Of a stretch of DNA of 36,231 nt, positions 1 through 12,407 are shown in pieces. The notes beneath the pieces were generated by a model. The model did no database searches, was not told the DNA's origin, and saw nothing but the letters and a program-made list of their open reading frames with translations. This DNA is from Octopus sinensis. Its lineage: Eukaryota. A program made the position numbers and the translations under genes. The first letter of the stretch is position 1. Each line of letters opens with the position of its first letter. The stretch is from positions 1 through 36,231 of the forward strand of contig NW_021824682.1 of assembly GCF_006345805.1 (NCBI RefSeq), in the 5' to 3' direction.

Positions 1-850
1 TCAAACCAGCCAGGAATTGACTTAAAGAAAGACAAATTTCGTATTTTTTTTGAGTCTTCGTGCATGTAATTATTAACTACAAATAATACAAATCAGAGTA
101 ACAATTTCTTAAAAGAATTTATTATGTTGACTTTTTCATTAGAAAAAATGTTATTTTCATTTCAAAAATGATTTTTCCACTTAATTTGTCTCTTTGTTAC
201 CGATCGGAGGGTCAAACGCTTCTCTCGATATTATTGAGGCTCTCTAATTGACGTAAATCACTAATGTCACTAACAAATCGTTTAATCCGTTACGTGGGAA
301 TTGTTTTGCAGTACTGTGAACCTAGCTCTCCTTATTTATTTGTATTCGATTTTAATTTCTAAGAATTTCGTCAAATCTTTTCCCTTTCTATGCTCACAAC
401 AGTTTGAGCTTGTGAGTTTCCGTTGGCCTCCAAACTTCGAAATAAACAATGGGCAGCACTCTAAACACCTGTTTCTTCTCTTCTTCCTCTTCTCTCGGCC
501 AGACCTCTCAAAAAGTGCAATGGAGCGACATCCTCTGAGTAATAAAAGACTCAATCAACAAGCATCAAGAGATAATATAGATTGCAGTCAGCATGGCATC
601 TGACTTAAGAGACAAATCATCTTTCTGATATTAAAAAAGTTTTTACTGGTTTTTAAAGCAAATAGTGAGCTCAGGAAGGCGAAATGAACATTTAATCCTA
701 ATGTTTCCCTTTGTATTATGTAGCAAGAGTAAAATCATGCTAAATTGCATAAATGTTGATCACTGTCAAATCAAAAATTAACGACTATTTATTATAAACA
801 TACTCCCCACTTTATTAAACGTTCACAAAATTGATAGAAAATTTTGAAAC

Positions 851-1128
851 AACCCGGGTTCCGCCAGTGCGCTGGCTGAAGAGACAAAGATGACGAAATA
901 CCGGTGTATTTCGGACGCTTTTGAGTTTGCCCCCCTCGCCTTCGAAACCTCTGGAATCGTCGGAAAGGCTGCGACTCAACTCCTCACCGCCATTGGTAGA
1001 AAAATCTCCACAAAAACAAACGACCGGAGGGAGACGAGCTGGCTGTTCCAGCGAATCTCGGTTGCTGTGCTCCGCGGAAACTGCCACTCAATACGCAGCG
1101 CGGCATCGTTGAGCTGACCCTCAGGCCC
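851..1128 (+). mobile_element. 5'-truncated CRE-clade non-LTR retrotransposon, RLE C-terminus
   Basis: ORF 890-1117 reads PLAFETSG...WLFQRISVAVLRGNCHSI, the typical end of the CRE restriction-like endonuclease. No TSD found. Confidence 0.8.
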
Positions 1129-1635
1129 TCGACAATTCCCTTAGCCACCCAATTGCTTACTTTTTCTTTCTAGTATAACTGGCATAAAAAAAATATATGG
1201 AAAAAAAAAATAGTTACATTTTACCAGTATGAATATTCAAACTTTTGTAATAGAAAAAGTACACGTCACATAATATCTTTAAATAAGAAGCTTTTTGCTA
1301 ATTATAAAATAAATACAATCAACTCCGTAATGATCTGATTAAATCTTTTCGACAATTCCCTGATATGTATTGACTAATGCAGAACTTGTCACAGACTTTT
1401 GTCACACAAGAGTTTTTAGATTCGGTTCCATTGCCTGATTGTAAGAAATTTCAAAAACTAAAATCCATAAAAATTCATCAAAATTGTTTAACCTTTAATC
1501 TACTTTTATTTTTTCTATTCCTCAAAAAACATGATTAGAATAAATGTCTATTACAAACATTAATCAATAAAAATGGCTGTTTTCATATTTAATATGCAAA
1601 ATAAGCTAATTTTATGACTTTTGAAGAATCTTAAT

Positions 1636-1945
1636 CTAATCTATCCAAATCAGATCCTTAGGCCTTTTTAACATCCATTCGTTCATCATGAACTGGTTTG
1701 AATAATGAGGGTTTATTGAGTCCATTTCAATGTCTTGTGAATCTGTATTCTGGTCTATCATCCGATTAATTCGACATTTCATGTCAAAACGGCTAAGAGA
1801 TATTCTCGGGTGACTAACTCTTTTCTATCCTTTAAAAAAGCATTTCTTCTTTTTTCTTGGTCTTCTATTAGCTTTCCGGTGTATTTGTATTTTGAAAAAC
1901 GGGGATGTCAAATTCAGGAGATAGTTCAGTCCCGCCTGATTCCAT
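1636..1945 (-). pseudogene. SNUPN: Snurportin-1-like gene, 5' part only
   Basis: With a 26-nt GT-AG intron (1793-1818) and one indel near codon 13 it reads MESGG...HPRFSKYK...QEKRRNAFLKDRKDRFD...HYSNQFMMNEWMLKRPKDL. This matches the snurportin N-terminal importin-beta-binding segment and the start of the TMG-cap domain (HYANQLMLSEWL). Similarity is lost after about 1650. Confidence 0.65.
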
Positions 1946-2049
1946 TTTAATTTGGGATAAATGTTTTTATTAGATATATTATATGTTAAAAAAATTAATG
2001 ATTTTTTAAATATTCAAAAAGTAAGTTGGATTTTTCCGACAGAAAGTCG

Positions 2050-2540
2050 ACATTATATTTAATATTAATACATTTCCATCATTCAAAATAATTTTTTGCA
2101 AAATATTGTTTAACTCCGTGGTCATTCCTGCAACATTAAGTTCCCCCAAATAAGTCAATTTGACAAGGCACTATTCCACCAGAAACCTAATCTACCCAAA
2201 TCAGACATGTGGGATTGTTTCGGAAGCTAATTGGTCCCGTCTGATTATTTCAAATAAAAGTCCGTAGAATTCTTTCGTCATTATTTGTCTGTCGGAAATT
2301 TCTAAATTCATTCTTCTAAACTCAGAAATCATTGGTTCATTCTCCGTCAAATTTAGTTCGATTTTATGCTTATTTTAAATCAACAAAATACACAAAGTTC
2401 ATTGTTTTGCATTTTTAGTTCTGTCATTGCCTTGCAGTGCAACTGTTCAAAACTTGAAACTCTGTCCAAAAGTGAATTAAAACGACATTTCAGATCATTA
2501 GAAGTCTTTCACTGCATTTGGACTGTTCTTTAAGGTTTTC
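2050..2540 (-). pseudogene. Fragment of an unidentified, probably coiled-coil host gene
   Basis: Frameshifted reading LKCRFNSLLDRVSSFEQLHCKAMTELKMQNNEL, then a 25-nt GT-AG gap, then IELNLTENEPMISEFRRMNLEI. No start codon; it abuts the dynein fragment. Confidence 0.3.
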
Positions 2541-3069
2541 GACGAGGTTTTGAAATTTGTGGACCCAGACAGTCGGAAGGGAATCTACGGTCCTCCTCTG
2601 GGGAAAAAACTAATATTTTTTATTGATGATTTGAATATGCCAGCACCAGAGATCTGGGGAGCTCAAACTCCAATCGAATTGATTCGCCAATGTCTCGGAA
2701 ACGGCGGTTGGTACGACAGGAAAATGATTGGTTCGGTCATTTATGTTTATTTTGTGTAGGGGACTTTTGCAAACTGATTGACATTAATTTCTGTTGTGCA
2801 ATGGGTCCTCCTGGTGGGGGGAGGAACGCGGTGACGCAGAGGTTTTTGAGATATTTCAACATGGTCTCCTTTGTGGAAATGAGTGACACAAGCATCCGCC
2901 ACATATTCGGCACAATCATACGTACGTGGGCAGGTTAAGAAGTAAAGATGAATAATTCAGATGGGCATAACTCGATTTTGGGACACGTAGATCAGATTGT
3001 TACAGCATGCATTGAAATATACCAAAATGTTCTCAAATTCCTCCTCCCGACTCCGAACAAGACTCTTTA

Positions 3070-4876
3070 CAACAGAAGTGTCAATTTCGCTTCGAGGGCC
3101 ACATTTATAATAATTTCTCATTAAGGGAAGATTGATTCGGATATTTATAATGATGAATAATCAAAATAAAAGAAACTAAATTATTCAATCATCGCCCTTT
3201 AATTTTGGTGAGAACTGCTTCCAGAGGATTAACATCTTTTTTAGATACAATTTTTGATGTGTCAGGATGAGCTATTCATTTAGTTCCGACTTTTATTAAA
3301 GAAGATAAATGTTCATCATTTAATCTTGTTCTTTGAGCAGTTTTTATCAATTTCATAAAAGAAAAAAGCTGTTCACACAAATATGTCGAACCAAACATAG
3401 CAATGATTTTTGTTGCAAACTTTTTAAAGTTTTTAAACTTTCCCGGAAGATATGAAAAGAAAGCAGGTATTCTAACCTCCAAATTTTTAGCTTTATAAAC
3501 ATTCATCTGCATTGGAAACATTAAGAGAGAATGGTGATGCGAATAATGAAAATGTTGTTCAAAAGACGAAAAATCATTAAATCTTTCTTGAAATTCCTTT
3601 AACAACGATTTTAGTTGTTTTCATACTGAGAAAAATTCATTACATTATGTGCATCAACAGTACTCCTGATCCAAGTTTGACTTTTCATTTCGTCTATGTT
3701 TTGCCCTTTCATTTCCATAAATAAAATGATTTCCGATCTCAACAAATAAAATATTTTAACAACTTTCTGAAGTGACAACCAGCGGACTGGAGTATAAAAA
3801 GGAATGTCGCTGAACTGATTATTAATATCTGTCAGCAGTTTACTAAACTGCCGGTGTTGAGGGGATGACCTCTGTCAAATGATGACCGGGGATTTACCTT
3901 TTGTATTTTAGCTCGCAATTTGGCGGCAACGCCAGCATGTCGTCCAACCATATTCGGAGCACCATCTGTGCATAAACATACAAGCTTCTTCAAATCAAAC
4001 CCATATTCAAAGAGAATTTGTAGTAGTTATATAAAGATATCTTTACTTGTAGTAGTATCGTGCATTGGTACCAGTTCGAAAAATTCTTCATAAATATTAA
4101 AATCTGAATCACACGCTCTAAAAAAGATTGCTAATTGTGCAATTCCAACGACGTCGACTGTTTCATCGATTGCAATTGAAAAATATTCGAATTTTAACAA
4201 ATCAGACTTTAATTGGTGTTTCAAATTCAATGCCATTTCATTAATGTGTTCGGCAACAGTATTTCTTGTTAATGAAATATCTTTAAACAAGTGGGCGTCG
4301 TCTGAACAAATAATATTCGTTGTTTTTACAAGACATTGCTTGATGAAATTACCATCACAATATGTTTTTTCATTTACTGCAAGCATTCTGCTGATTTCAT
4401 AACTTGCAGTGACTAATGCATTACTTCGATTATGACTTTTTGTGAAATGAGTCTGTAACGCAAATAAATTTTTTCGCAATTCATTTGAAACATGCATTGG
4501 ACCTTCTTGGTTAATAAGCAACCTTCAAAATAATTGTATGATAGATGATTAGATTGATAATGCCTCTTTAGGTTGTGTTCTTTCTGTATAGCGATAAACT
4601 TGTTAAATATCAAACAATGTATTTTTCCATCAACCTTTGTGTAAAAATAGAAAAATTCTCATTTATCTTGAAACACTCTCCGTTCATCTTTCAAGCATCG
4701 TTTCATTTTTATTCCAGAAAAAGCACGTGACATTGACAAACATGATTTAAAAATACAATTAAAAATTTTAATTAAATGTAACAAAAATAAAAAAAATAAT
4801 TTTTTGTAGACTTGATTTGTCATGTTTACGTACGATATCAAACATTTGTGTCAAATTTCTCGCGTTATTCGTCAGC
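3070..4876 (-). mobile_element. Degenerate hAT (SPIN/Charlie, GTF2IRD2-like) DNA transposon inside the dynein pseudogene
   Basis: Minus-strand segments: ERRVFQDK*EF, KEHNLKRHY, FSIAIDETVDVVGIAQLAIFFR, CTDGAPNMVG, VRWLS, MFGSTYLCEQLFSFMK (hAT dimerisation domain). The two ends are hAT-like but do not match each other, so the boundaries are approximate. Confidence 0.85.
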
Positions 4877-7179
4877 CCTACAAAATAGGCCAAGAACTAT
4901 GGTCTAACTGAATGGAAGGAAGACCTCCAATCAGTCATGATGTTGGCTAATCTAAAGGAGACTCAGATTGTGTTTCTCTTCATGACACACAGGTTGGGAC
5001 TTGAAGAGACCTCAATGGCAGATAAAAAGACGAAGGATTTTTTGAGAGCCTCAACAACATCTTAAATTCAAGAGATGTTCGAAATCTTTACGGAAATGAA
5101 GAATTGGACAAAATATATCAGCAAATGCAGCCAATTTGTAGTGAGATGGGGATGCAGCCTACCAAGACAAATTTATACTTGATATACACCAAGAGAGTGA
5201 GAACTAATCTGCACACAGTGGTTACCAATCAGTGGCGGAAAGGTTCTTGACAGATTTCCCTGATTGGAAGACGACCAAGAAACAATCTCAGAAATAGTAA
5301 AGACTGAATAAAATAATCATCGATTAATCCTGTCGACTTATCTACCAAAATGTGATCGAACTGTCCAACAAATTCCTGATTGAAATGAACTGTCATAACT
5401 ACGTGACTTCTACTAGATATCTCGAATTGACTTCATCTTTTTCTTACCTGCTCAGAATCATGAGATCTCAAGTCGTATCTGCCAAAAACAGACTAAAAAC
5501 GGGAACAAGTCTATAAAGTAGTAGAAGAAACAAGAGCTCATGTTAGAAGGAAGAAACTGATGCATGTGCAAAGGCAGAAGAGTGCCAGGACATCGCCGAC
5601 GATGCCCAGCGAGAACTGAGTGAAGCCCTCCTCATCATGGTTGGACAATACGTCTTAGATTAGAGTGCCGCCTTATCGAGTCTCAAGGTCCTCAACAAGA
5701 ATGACGTATTCGAAGTAAAGGCTATGTCCTGTCCTCCCGATGGGGTCAAACTTGTGATGGAGACTGTGTGCATTATGAAGGTGGTCAAGCTTGAAAAAGT
5801 CCCCACTTACATTCCCGAAGTCAAGGTCGACGACTTTTGAGAGCCCGGAAGACCCTTTCCAAAAACCTTAAAAATTTATCGACTCTCTTTTCACCTACGA
5901 CAAGGACAACATCCCCGAAGCCATCATAAGGAAGATACGTCCTTACATCGATGGGTACGGGGACTCGGCAGCGAGAAATCCCGGTGGCAACAGACTGTCG
6001 AGACTTTGGAATACACGTTACAAAATTTTGTGGGGATATTTTGATAGCCGCCGTGTCGTTCGCCTATTTGGGACCATTCGCGGTATAAAATCTAGATAAT
6101 TGTATTAAAGCGTGAATATCGGGCTATTCTATACGAGAAATGTCTAAAAGTCCTTGCTGAGTGGAAGGTCCCTATTACTGACCGCCTGGAGAGCGTGACA
6201 TCGATGGGGAACTCGGTAAAAATATGGTATTGACAAATTACCGGACTGCCTAAAGACAACTTTTCGATAGAAAATGCACTCATCGCCAATAACTCAAAAC
6301 GGTGGCCACTATTTATTGACCCACCTCAGTCCTCGATATAAAAGTCATTTTCAGTTTTAGAAGCCTCGAGGATCAGTTATTGGGATTGTCGTGACGGAGG
6401 AACTTTCTGACCTTGAAGAGGCCAAGAACCAGCTGATTGTCAATAATGCTCGAATGAGGCATATAAATACGAATCAAAATTCAAATAGGAAGGAATTGGA
6501 AGAAAAAAATATTGTTCGACTCAGTTCATCGGAAGGCAACGCCGTGGATGACATTAACCTAATAAAAATGCTGGCATGCGGGTAGCTGTGAATACTCAAG
6601 TACTGTTTTTTTCGTAGCAGATTTGGCTAAGATTGACCCAATGTATCAATACTCGTTGGAGTGGTTCGGAAAAATATTTCTCAACAGTATTGCCAACGCA
6701 AAAAACTCAGGTCACCTCAAAAAACAGGAAATAAATTGTAGATGATTTGAAAGAGAGGATAACTTTCATAAACGAACATTTTACTTTCAATTTGTACTCC
6801 AATGTGTGTCGATCGCTCTTTTAACGTAACTAAATCATGTTTGTATTTCTCGTTTGTGTGCGAATCAAACAGAACTTTGGAGAAATAAAAGCAGTTCTTA
6901 AAATTCAACGAGTATTTAGAACGAGTGGAGATATTTCCTGTTGAGCTCAGTCAAAAATACCATTCAAAAACCGAACCCTGCTCCATACTGGCTCTCCGAC
7001 AGAAATTGGAAGGAATTGGAGGGACTGGCCTTACTGGACTCATTTAAAGGAATAGTCGAACACTTTATTGACAATTTTTGCGAATATAAATATAAGTTTG
7101 ATAGTTCAGATCCCCACAAGTACATCTTATAGTTTTATTTTTAAATATTCAAAATTGGTTGACCTTTTTTTAAATAGAC

Positions 7180-7366
7180 GTCAGGAATACAGGGGCCTTC
7201 TACTCGAACCCTACTCCAGCGCATTGCCTCATTATTCGAAAGGGTTACCGGCGACCCGTGTGAGCACCGGTATTTAATCGAACGAGTATCTATAGCCATA
7301 GTCAGAGGCAATACTCTGGCTATCTGCCAATGACGATTTTTCTCTTGACCTAATTTGATTTTAAAA
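7180..7366 (+). mobile_element. Short CRE-clade 3' fragment with 8-bp TSD inserted in dynein AAA6
   Basis: Reads TSGIQGPSTRTLLQRIA..YLIERVSIAIVRGN*. AAATAGAC is repeated at 7172-7179 and 7367-7374. Removing the insert restores RLLFSLSLFYGVILKRRKFG. Confidence 0.8.
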
Positions 7367-8734
7367 AAATAGACTCCTCTTCTCACTTAGCTTGTTTTAT
7401 GGAGTCATCTTGAAGAGGAGGAAATTTGGGTCCCTGAAATGTCTGTTTATTAGTTTATGATTGAGGTTGTGGACAAACTTGACAGAGATATCTTCCCCAT
7501 TCTTCCCCCGGAATTCAGCATAGTGGAAATATCCTCAAAGTACCCCGTCCTTTACGAAGAGTCAATGAATACTGTCCTCGTCCAAGAAGCCATAGTGGAG
7601 AATATTATATGTCAGTTAGAATTGTCTTCTTGGTGTCATTAGAAGGTGTTTGGAATACTTACTCAAGGCTGTCAAAGGACTGGTTGTCATTTCTCAGGAG
7701 TTGAAGGACATGGCACAGAGTTTGTACACCAATAGAGTGCCTTTGATGTGGGAAATTGTGTATTCTCTGTTTTTTTAGTTTTTAGAGATATCCCTCACTC
7801 AAATCACTCTCTGCCTGTATGACTGGCGGAATTCCCAAGGTCTTATAAAGGCATTATGCTTAGTTTTTTGGATTTCGGGTTTCTTTTTTCTGCAGGCTTT
7901 CTTAATGGGAACTCTCTAAAACTATGCTCGAAAGCACGTAATTTTAAAATAAGTTTCTCTGTTAAAGTATGGCTGTAAGCACAGTGTAGGTGTTGGAAGG
8001 AGAGAATATATCCAGTCCTCCTTTGAGTGGGTGTTAGATTATGGGCTTGTTTATGGAGGGGGGGTCGATGAGACGGGGATGTCGGGTGGAGTCGAGACCG
8101 AAGGAACTGTATGTGGAAATGCCTCCAATCTGGCTGATTCCGACAGAAAATAAAAATTATGACACCTCCTTGTACGTATGTCCAGTTTATAAGACACTGA
8201 CGAGAGCTGGTGAGTCATGTGGTGGAGGAATGTGTAGGAACTCTGTCCACCACGGGACATTCCACCAACTTTGTTTTCCGATAGATCTATGTAGTTGGGG
8301 AAAGCCAGATTGGATAAAGCGGGGAGTGGCCATGATATGCGCTCTAAATTATTAACATTGGATTTATCACTAATTTCATTATTTGGATTTGCTCACACTT
8401 TCTATTGCTTGGTTAAGACCCCTTAATGGTAGTGACTAGGTGTGTCTATTTGATAGGAAATACGCTTGGTTTGTCTAAATAGACAAAGTTTTTTGAAATA
8501 ATAAAAGGTGTAATAACTATTAGGCAACAACGATTATGTAATAGCATTTTTTGAGTTTATTCCTATAATCTGTTTATATATTTTTTTAATTTCTCTACAC
8601 TGTTATTTTATTTTGTATCATTATTGTCATCCAGAGTGTCAGAACATTTAACAAGAGAATATAATCTAAATATTTATTTTATTTGATTTAACATTTTTCT
8701 TATTTTTACTCACAATTTGAATGTTCATTGTTAG

Positions 8735-9549
8735 GTTCTCGATGTCCTATTCCACAAGGGATGACATTTCTGGGCTGACCAATTCCAAGAGACTGCTTAG
8801 AGATACGTTCAATTTTACTTCAAAGTCAACTTACAATTGGAACAAGATGACACAAAGCCATTTTACGTGTTTTGAAGTCCATTTCGACTAATCTGCCAGC
8901 ACCGAGCAGATGTCAGGATCTTTTTCGATAATTGGGATGTTTGGTCCTAAAAGATTGGCCGAAATGAACTCAGGAAGGGAATAAAATTCATTGGATATCC
9001 ATTATATGAATCATACGCGTTTCTGTGTGTCGAATTTGCTCTATCTCCAGATTTACCCTTAAAATATGTTTATATCACTGATACAGTGTGATTGTAGTTA
9101 TTCGCCATTATTTTAGTTTTTGTAATAATTGGGAATGTTTGTTCCTAACAAATTGGCATATAACAGCCACTTATCTTCAAACATTCGCGACCCAGTCAAG
9201 TAGCCCCGGGTGATTCCAAGGTGAGTCAGCTGCTGGTCCAGAAGTAACTGTCATGAATGTATCACGACAATACCTTTTCAGTACTCATTTTAATACTGTT
9301 GAATATTTCGTTTAGTTCGATAACTCTTGTGGAGATTATCCCATTGACTTTTGTTTGAGTCTGGTCAAAAATGAGGAAATATGAGTCTAAAAATGTGATT
9401 TGATAAATATGATCCTACTTTTAACTACGGATATAAGGTCATCAAGTGTTGCCCCGACTTTTCTCATTATCCAGAAGAGCGAGATTTGTTTTGAGCTTTA
9501 TAAAACCGAATTCGTCGGAAAGAACTGCAAGATTTCCGTCAGCCATCAT
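8735..9549 (-). CDS. Hypothetical multi-exon host gene, function unknown, frameshifted
   Basis: ATG at 9549. GT-AG introns at 9387-9418 (32 nt) and 9248-9273 (26 nt) join open frames (SYFLIFDQTQTKV..STEK|LLLDQQLTHLGITRGY). The 3' structure is unresolved. Confidence 0.45.
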
Positions 9550-9727
9550 ATTTGTGCTAATTTATAAATAAAGTTTAATTATTCTGAGATTATATTCAAG
9601 CTGATATTGTATAAGATAGAATAGAATTTAAAATTGTTTGTCAACATTAGCCAAAGTAGTATTCACATGTGCAAAACTCTAAGTAAATTTTGTTTTTTTC
9701 TCCTTCATTTTCTAATGTTTGCATGCA

Positions 9728-9833
9728 AGGACAATGTCCATATTTCTTAAAAATTTTATCGCGTCGTATTCCATTAAGGCAGGACAATGTCTATATTTTT
9801 TAAAAATCTTATCGCGTCGTATTTCATTAAGGC
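9728..9833 (+). repeat. 53-bp tandem duplication within a probable hAT transposase relic (about 9720-9920)
   Basis: Copies 9728-9780 and 9781-9833 differ at 4 positions, all C/T. Downstream FTKLNNISLLLQG resembles hAT/SPIN sequence. Confidence 0.7.
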
Positions 9834-10294
9834 ACGCTACTTACTACGCGGGGCTGTCCTTATCTTGGATTTTTACGAAACTTAACAATATTTCTCTCTT
9901 ATTGCAAGGAACATTGATCGGTACCAAAAAAATAATAAAGACATTTACATTTTAAATTTTAAAATAAGGGTAAAAGGGTATGATAGTGATGATAAACATA
10001 TAAAGGCGAGGTATCTGTATTGCTCTAGTTGCTCAAAATTTGCCAGAAATGTTGTTATTAATCACGAAAATTGAATCTCGTTTCAGTTCGACTATAAACG
10101 ATGGCAACTACCACACCCTTGAAAATATGTTAATACATTAACGGGCGATTTCTTGAAAACCAAAGTCTTGGAATCTGGGGGAGTATGGTTGCAAAACTTA
10201 AAAGGAGTGATGGAAAAACGCAATAAAAGTCGAAATTACGATCTAACCTAAACACAGAATTCACTTGCTCTAAAAAAATGTAGCCAAGCTTAGT

Positions 10295-10374
10295 CTTCTG
10301 AATACTTTTTGTCAAGTCCCTGACTTTTTCCGTTCCTTTTATACGGGGTTTCCATCTCTAATATTCGCAGAATG
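10295..10374 (+). repeat. 80-bp perfect direct repeat, left copy (right copy 11531-11610), flanking the MULE
   Basis: CTTCTGAATAC...TTCGCAGAATG is identical at both positions on base-by-base comparison. Confidence 0.92.
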
Positions 10375-11530
10375 GCTATTCGACAACTCGCCTATAGTCG
10401 AGTTGTCGCCTAACTCGCCTAAATTTATTTGGCGACAACTCGCCTATTTAAAATAAATAAAAAATTTTTATTTTTACCAGATTAAATCTAATTAATTAAA
10501 ATTTCAACAATTTTTTTACTTTAATCCTTATTATGACTGACTTTGAACTGCTTAAAAGCCAAAGAGGAGGCAAACTTTTACTACACCGGAACTATTTGTA
10601 TAATACAGATAGAAAAAAAGACGGTCTTACCTATTGGAGGTGCAGAAATCGAGAATGCAGGGCGAGGAAATTCCTGAAAGTTTGTCGTACAGAAAATGCC
10701 TACTGTGCATTATTTGAAGAAATAAAGACACTTGTTACTTCACCAGCAAGTATTTTAATTGATTTTGAAAAGGGGTTAATTAACTTCACAAAATCAGTTT
10801 TTTCGCCGTCTAATGTATTTGGCTGCAATTTTTATTTCGGCCAAATCATATGGCGGAAATACAATGTCTTGGTCTTGTGGAGCCTACAAAGACGTTTTAT
10901 TGTGGGAACGAAAATTATTGAGGAAATGCTACCATTTAGCTTTCATCCTGTAAAAAATGTTTTATTGGAATTTGAAAAATTTTCTCTTGATGCGACAGGA
11001 AAAGAAAAAAAACCAACAAATAATGAATTTTTTGATTTATTTTAAAAAACAATTTATTGCTGACCCATCTTATGACGTCAGTTTTTGGAGTTGTTTTCAT
11101 CGGGTATTAAAGTCAATGCCCAGGACGACCAATTCATTGGAAGGTTGGCATAAGCTGTTTAACAGTTCTTTTAACAGAGCGCACCCAAATTTGGCAGCTT
11201 TTGTCAATGTTTTGGCCAGGGAAGAACAAAGACTTTTTGTGAAAATGACACAAATTAAGTCAGGAAGGTCTCTTGAAGTGTCTGCGACAGACTGCAAAAA
11301 GGAACTTGAACTAAGAATAGCATGTGAAAATTTTCATGAATTTGAAGTAGATTGCTATTTTAAGCTAATTGATGGTTTGATTTGCTTTAAAAGTTCAGAA
11401 TAAAAAGTAATTGTTTGTAAAATTTTATTTTATTTACCCTTAAAATATTTTTCTTCGTAGACGAGTTGTCGCCAAATAAATTTAGGCGAGTTAGGCGACA
11501 ACTCGTCTACAGGCGAGTTGTCGCTCAACG
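10375..11530 (+). mobile_element. Mutator-like (FLYWCH-MULE) DNA transposon, internally deleted
   Basis: TIRs of about 65 bp (10381-10445 and 11459-11523, 3 mismatches). ORF 10533-11403 contains FLYWCH (SQRGG..YWRC), IDFE, GCNFYFGQ (CxxH degenerate) and RTTNSLEGWH. Confidence 0.9.
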
Positions 11531-12371
11531 CTTCTGAATACTTTTTGTCAAGTCCCTGACTTTTTCCGTTCCTTTTATACGGGGTTTCCATCTCTAATAT
11601 TCGCAGAATGTTTCTGTGGCGGTTATTAGTCATGAAGGACATTTCGAGAATTTCCGACCTCATAAATAATATATTGAGTACTATGGACAATAAAAGTCAA
11701 TTAATTATTTATCTTAGTTAATTGTTTATATAATGAATAATTTTATAAAATAAATAAAAAAACATTTGAATTCGTGAGTTCGTATGTAGTATGTTGTAGG
11801 TAATAATCTGTAGACGTAAAGATACAAAGGAATCATTTTTTTGCCACAGAAATCTCTGAACTTTTAAGGCAAAACTTTCAAAAATATTAAATAGGAAAGA
11901 GAACAATTTATTCCAATCTACCTGGCCAATTTTGGAACACATAAAATGCAAATAAAGTCTTTCAATTCATTCGTTTCTAGAAATGTACATTTTTCCCTCT
12001 ATTTTAGCTTCAATAAATAATGAACGCCCACAAAAAACACTACCATACTTCAAACGGAAGTCTATTCCTCCAGTATCAAAATATCCGCGTGGACACCCCG
12101 GAGAGAGTGGGGATCAGCAGGGCAGTGTTTCCAAACGATGTAAGTCAGTTAAGGATGCGGACATATTTTTGGACATTGAGAGGCAAGAATGCTAAATATG
12201 TTCGAGGAGAGATAGATAATATGCGTAATAATCACGTACACACATCAATGCAAATTTCAAATACATTTTATTGGCTTCCTCACTTGTCCTTTTGATTAAT
12301 CTGAAATTTCAAATTTATGAACGAAATTTAATATTCTGAATCAAGTTAATATTCTGAATCATTTCCAATCG

Positions 12372-12407
12372 ATACGCAGCGCGGCGTCTTTGAGCTGACC
12401 TCCAGGC
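12372..12407 (+). mobile_element. 36-bp relic of the same CRE 3' end seen at 1091-1126
   Basis: 32/36 identity to 1091-1126, spanning the stop codon and the start of the 3' UTR. Confidence 0.6.

Larger units (their letters stand above)
2565..8355 (+). pseudogene. DNAH1: Axonemal inner-arm dynein heavy chain (DNAH1-type) pseudogene: AAA3 to C-terminus, internally deleted
   Basis: Colinear motifs: [28 protein letters not shown]|DINFCCAMGPPGGGRN, LLPTP, KNYGLTEWKEDL, HNYVT..YLEL, YDKDNIPE, EKSRW, GLPKDNFSIENA..KRWPLFIDP, LEDQLLG, DPMYQYSLEWF, YPVLYEESMNTVLVQEA, GLFMEG, CPVYKT..RGVAMICALNY*. Introns at 2731-2759 (29 nt) and 2934-2960 (27 nt). Stops fall at conserved W/Q codons (5838, 6231, 7917), and two TE insertions are present. 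Confidence 0.92.

Noticed and set aside
301-603. Short ORFs at 301-603, 11983-12295 and 13782-14075
   Set aside because: No recognisable motifs. They may be gene fragments but cannot be assigned.
1129-1361. 13-bp direct repeat TCGACAATTCCCT (1129-1141, 1349-1361) as a TSD
   Set aside because: The enclosed 207 bp has no TE ends and looks more like exon/intron sequence on the minus strand.
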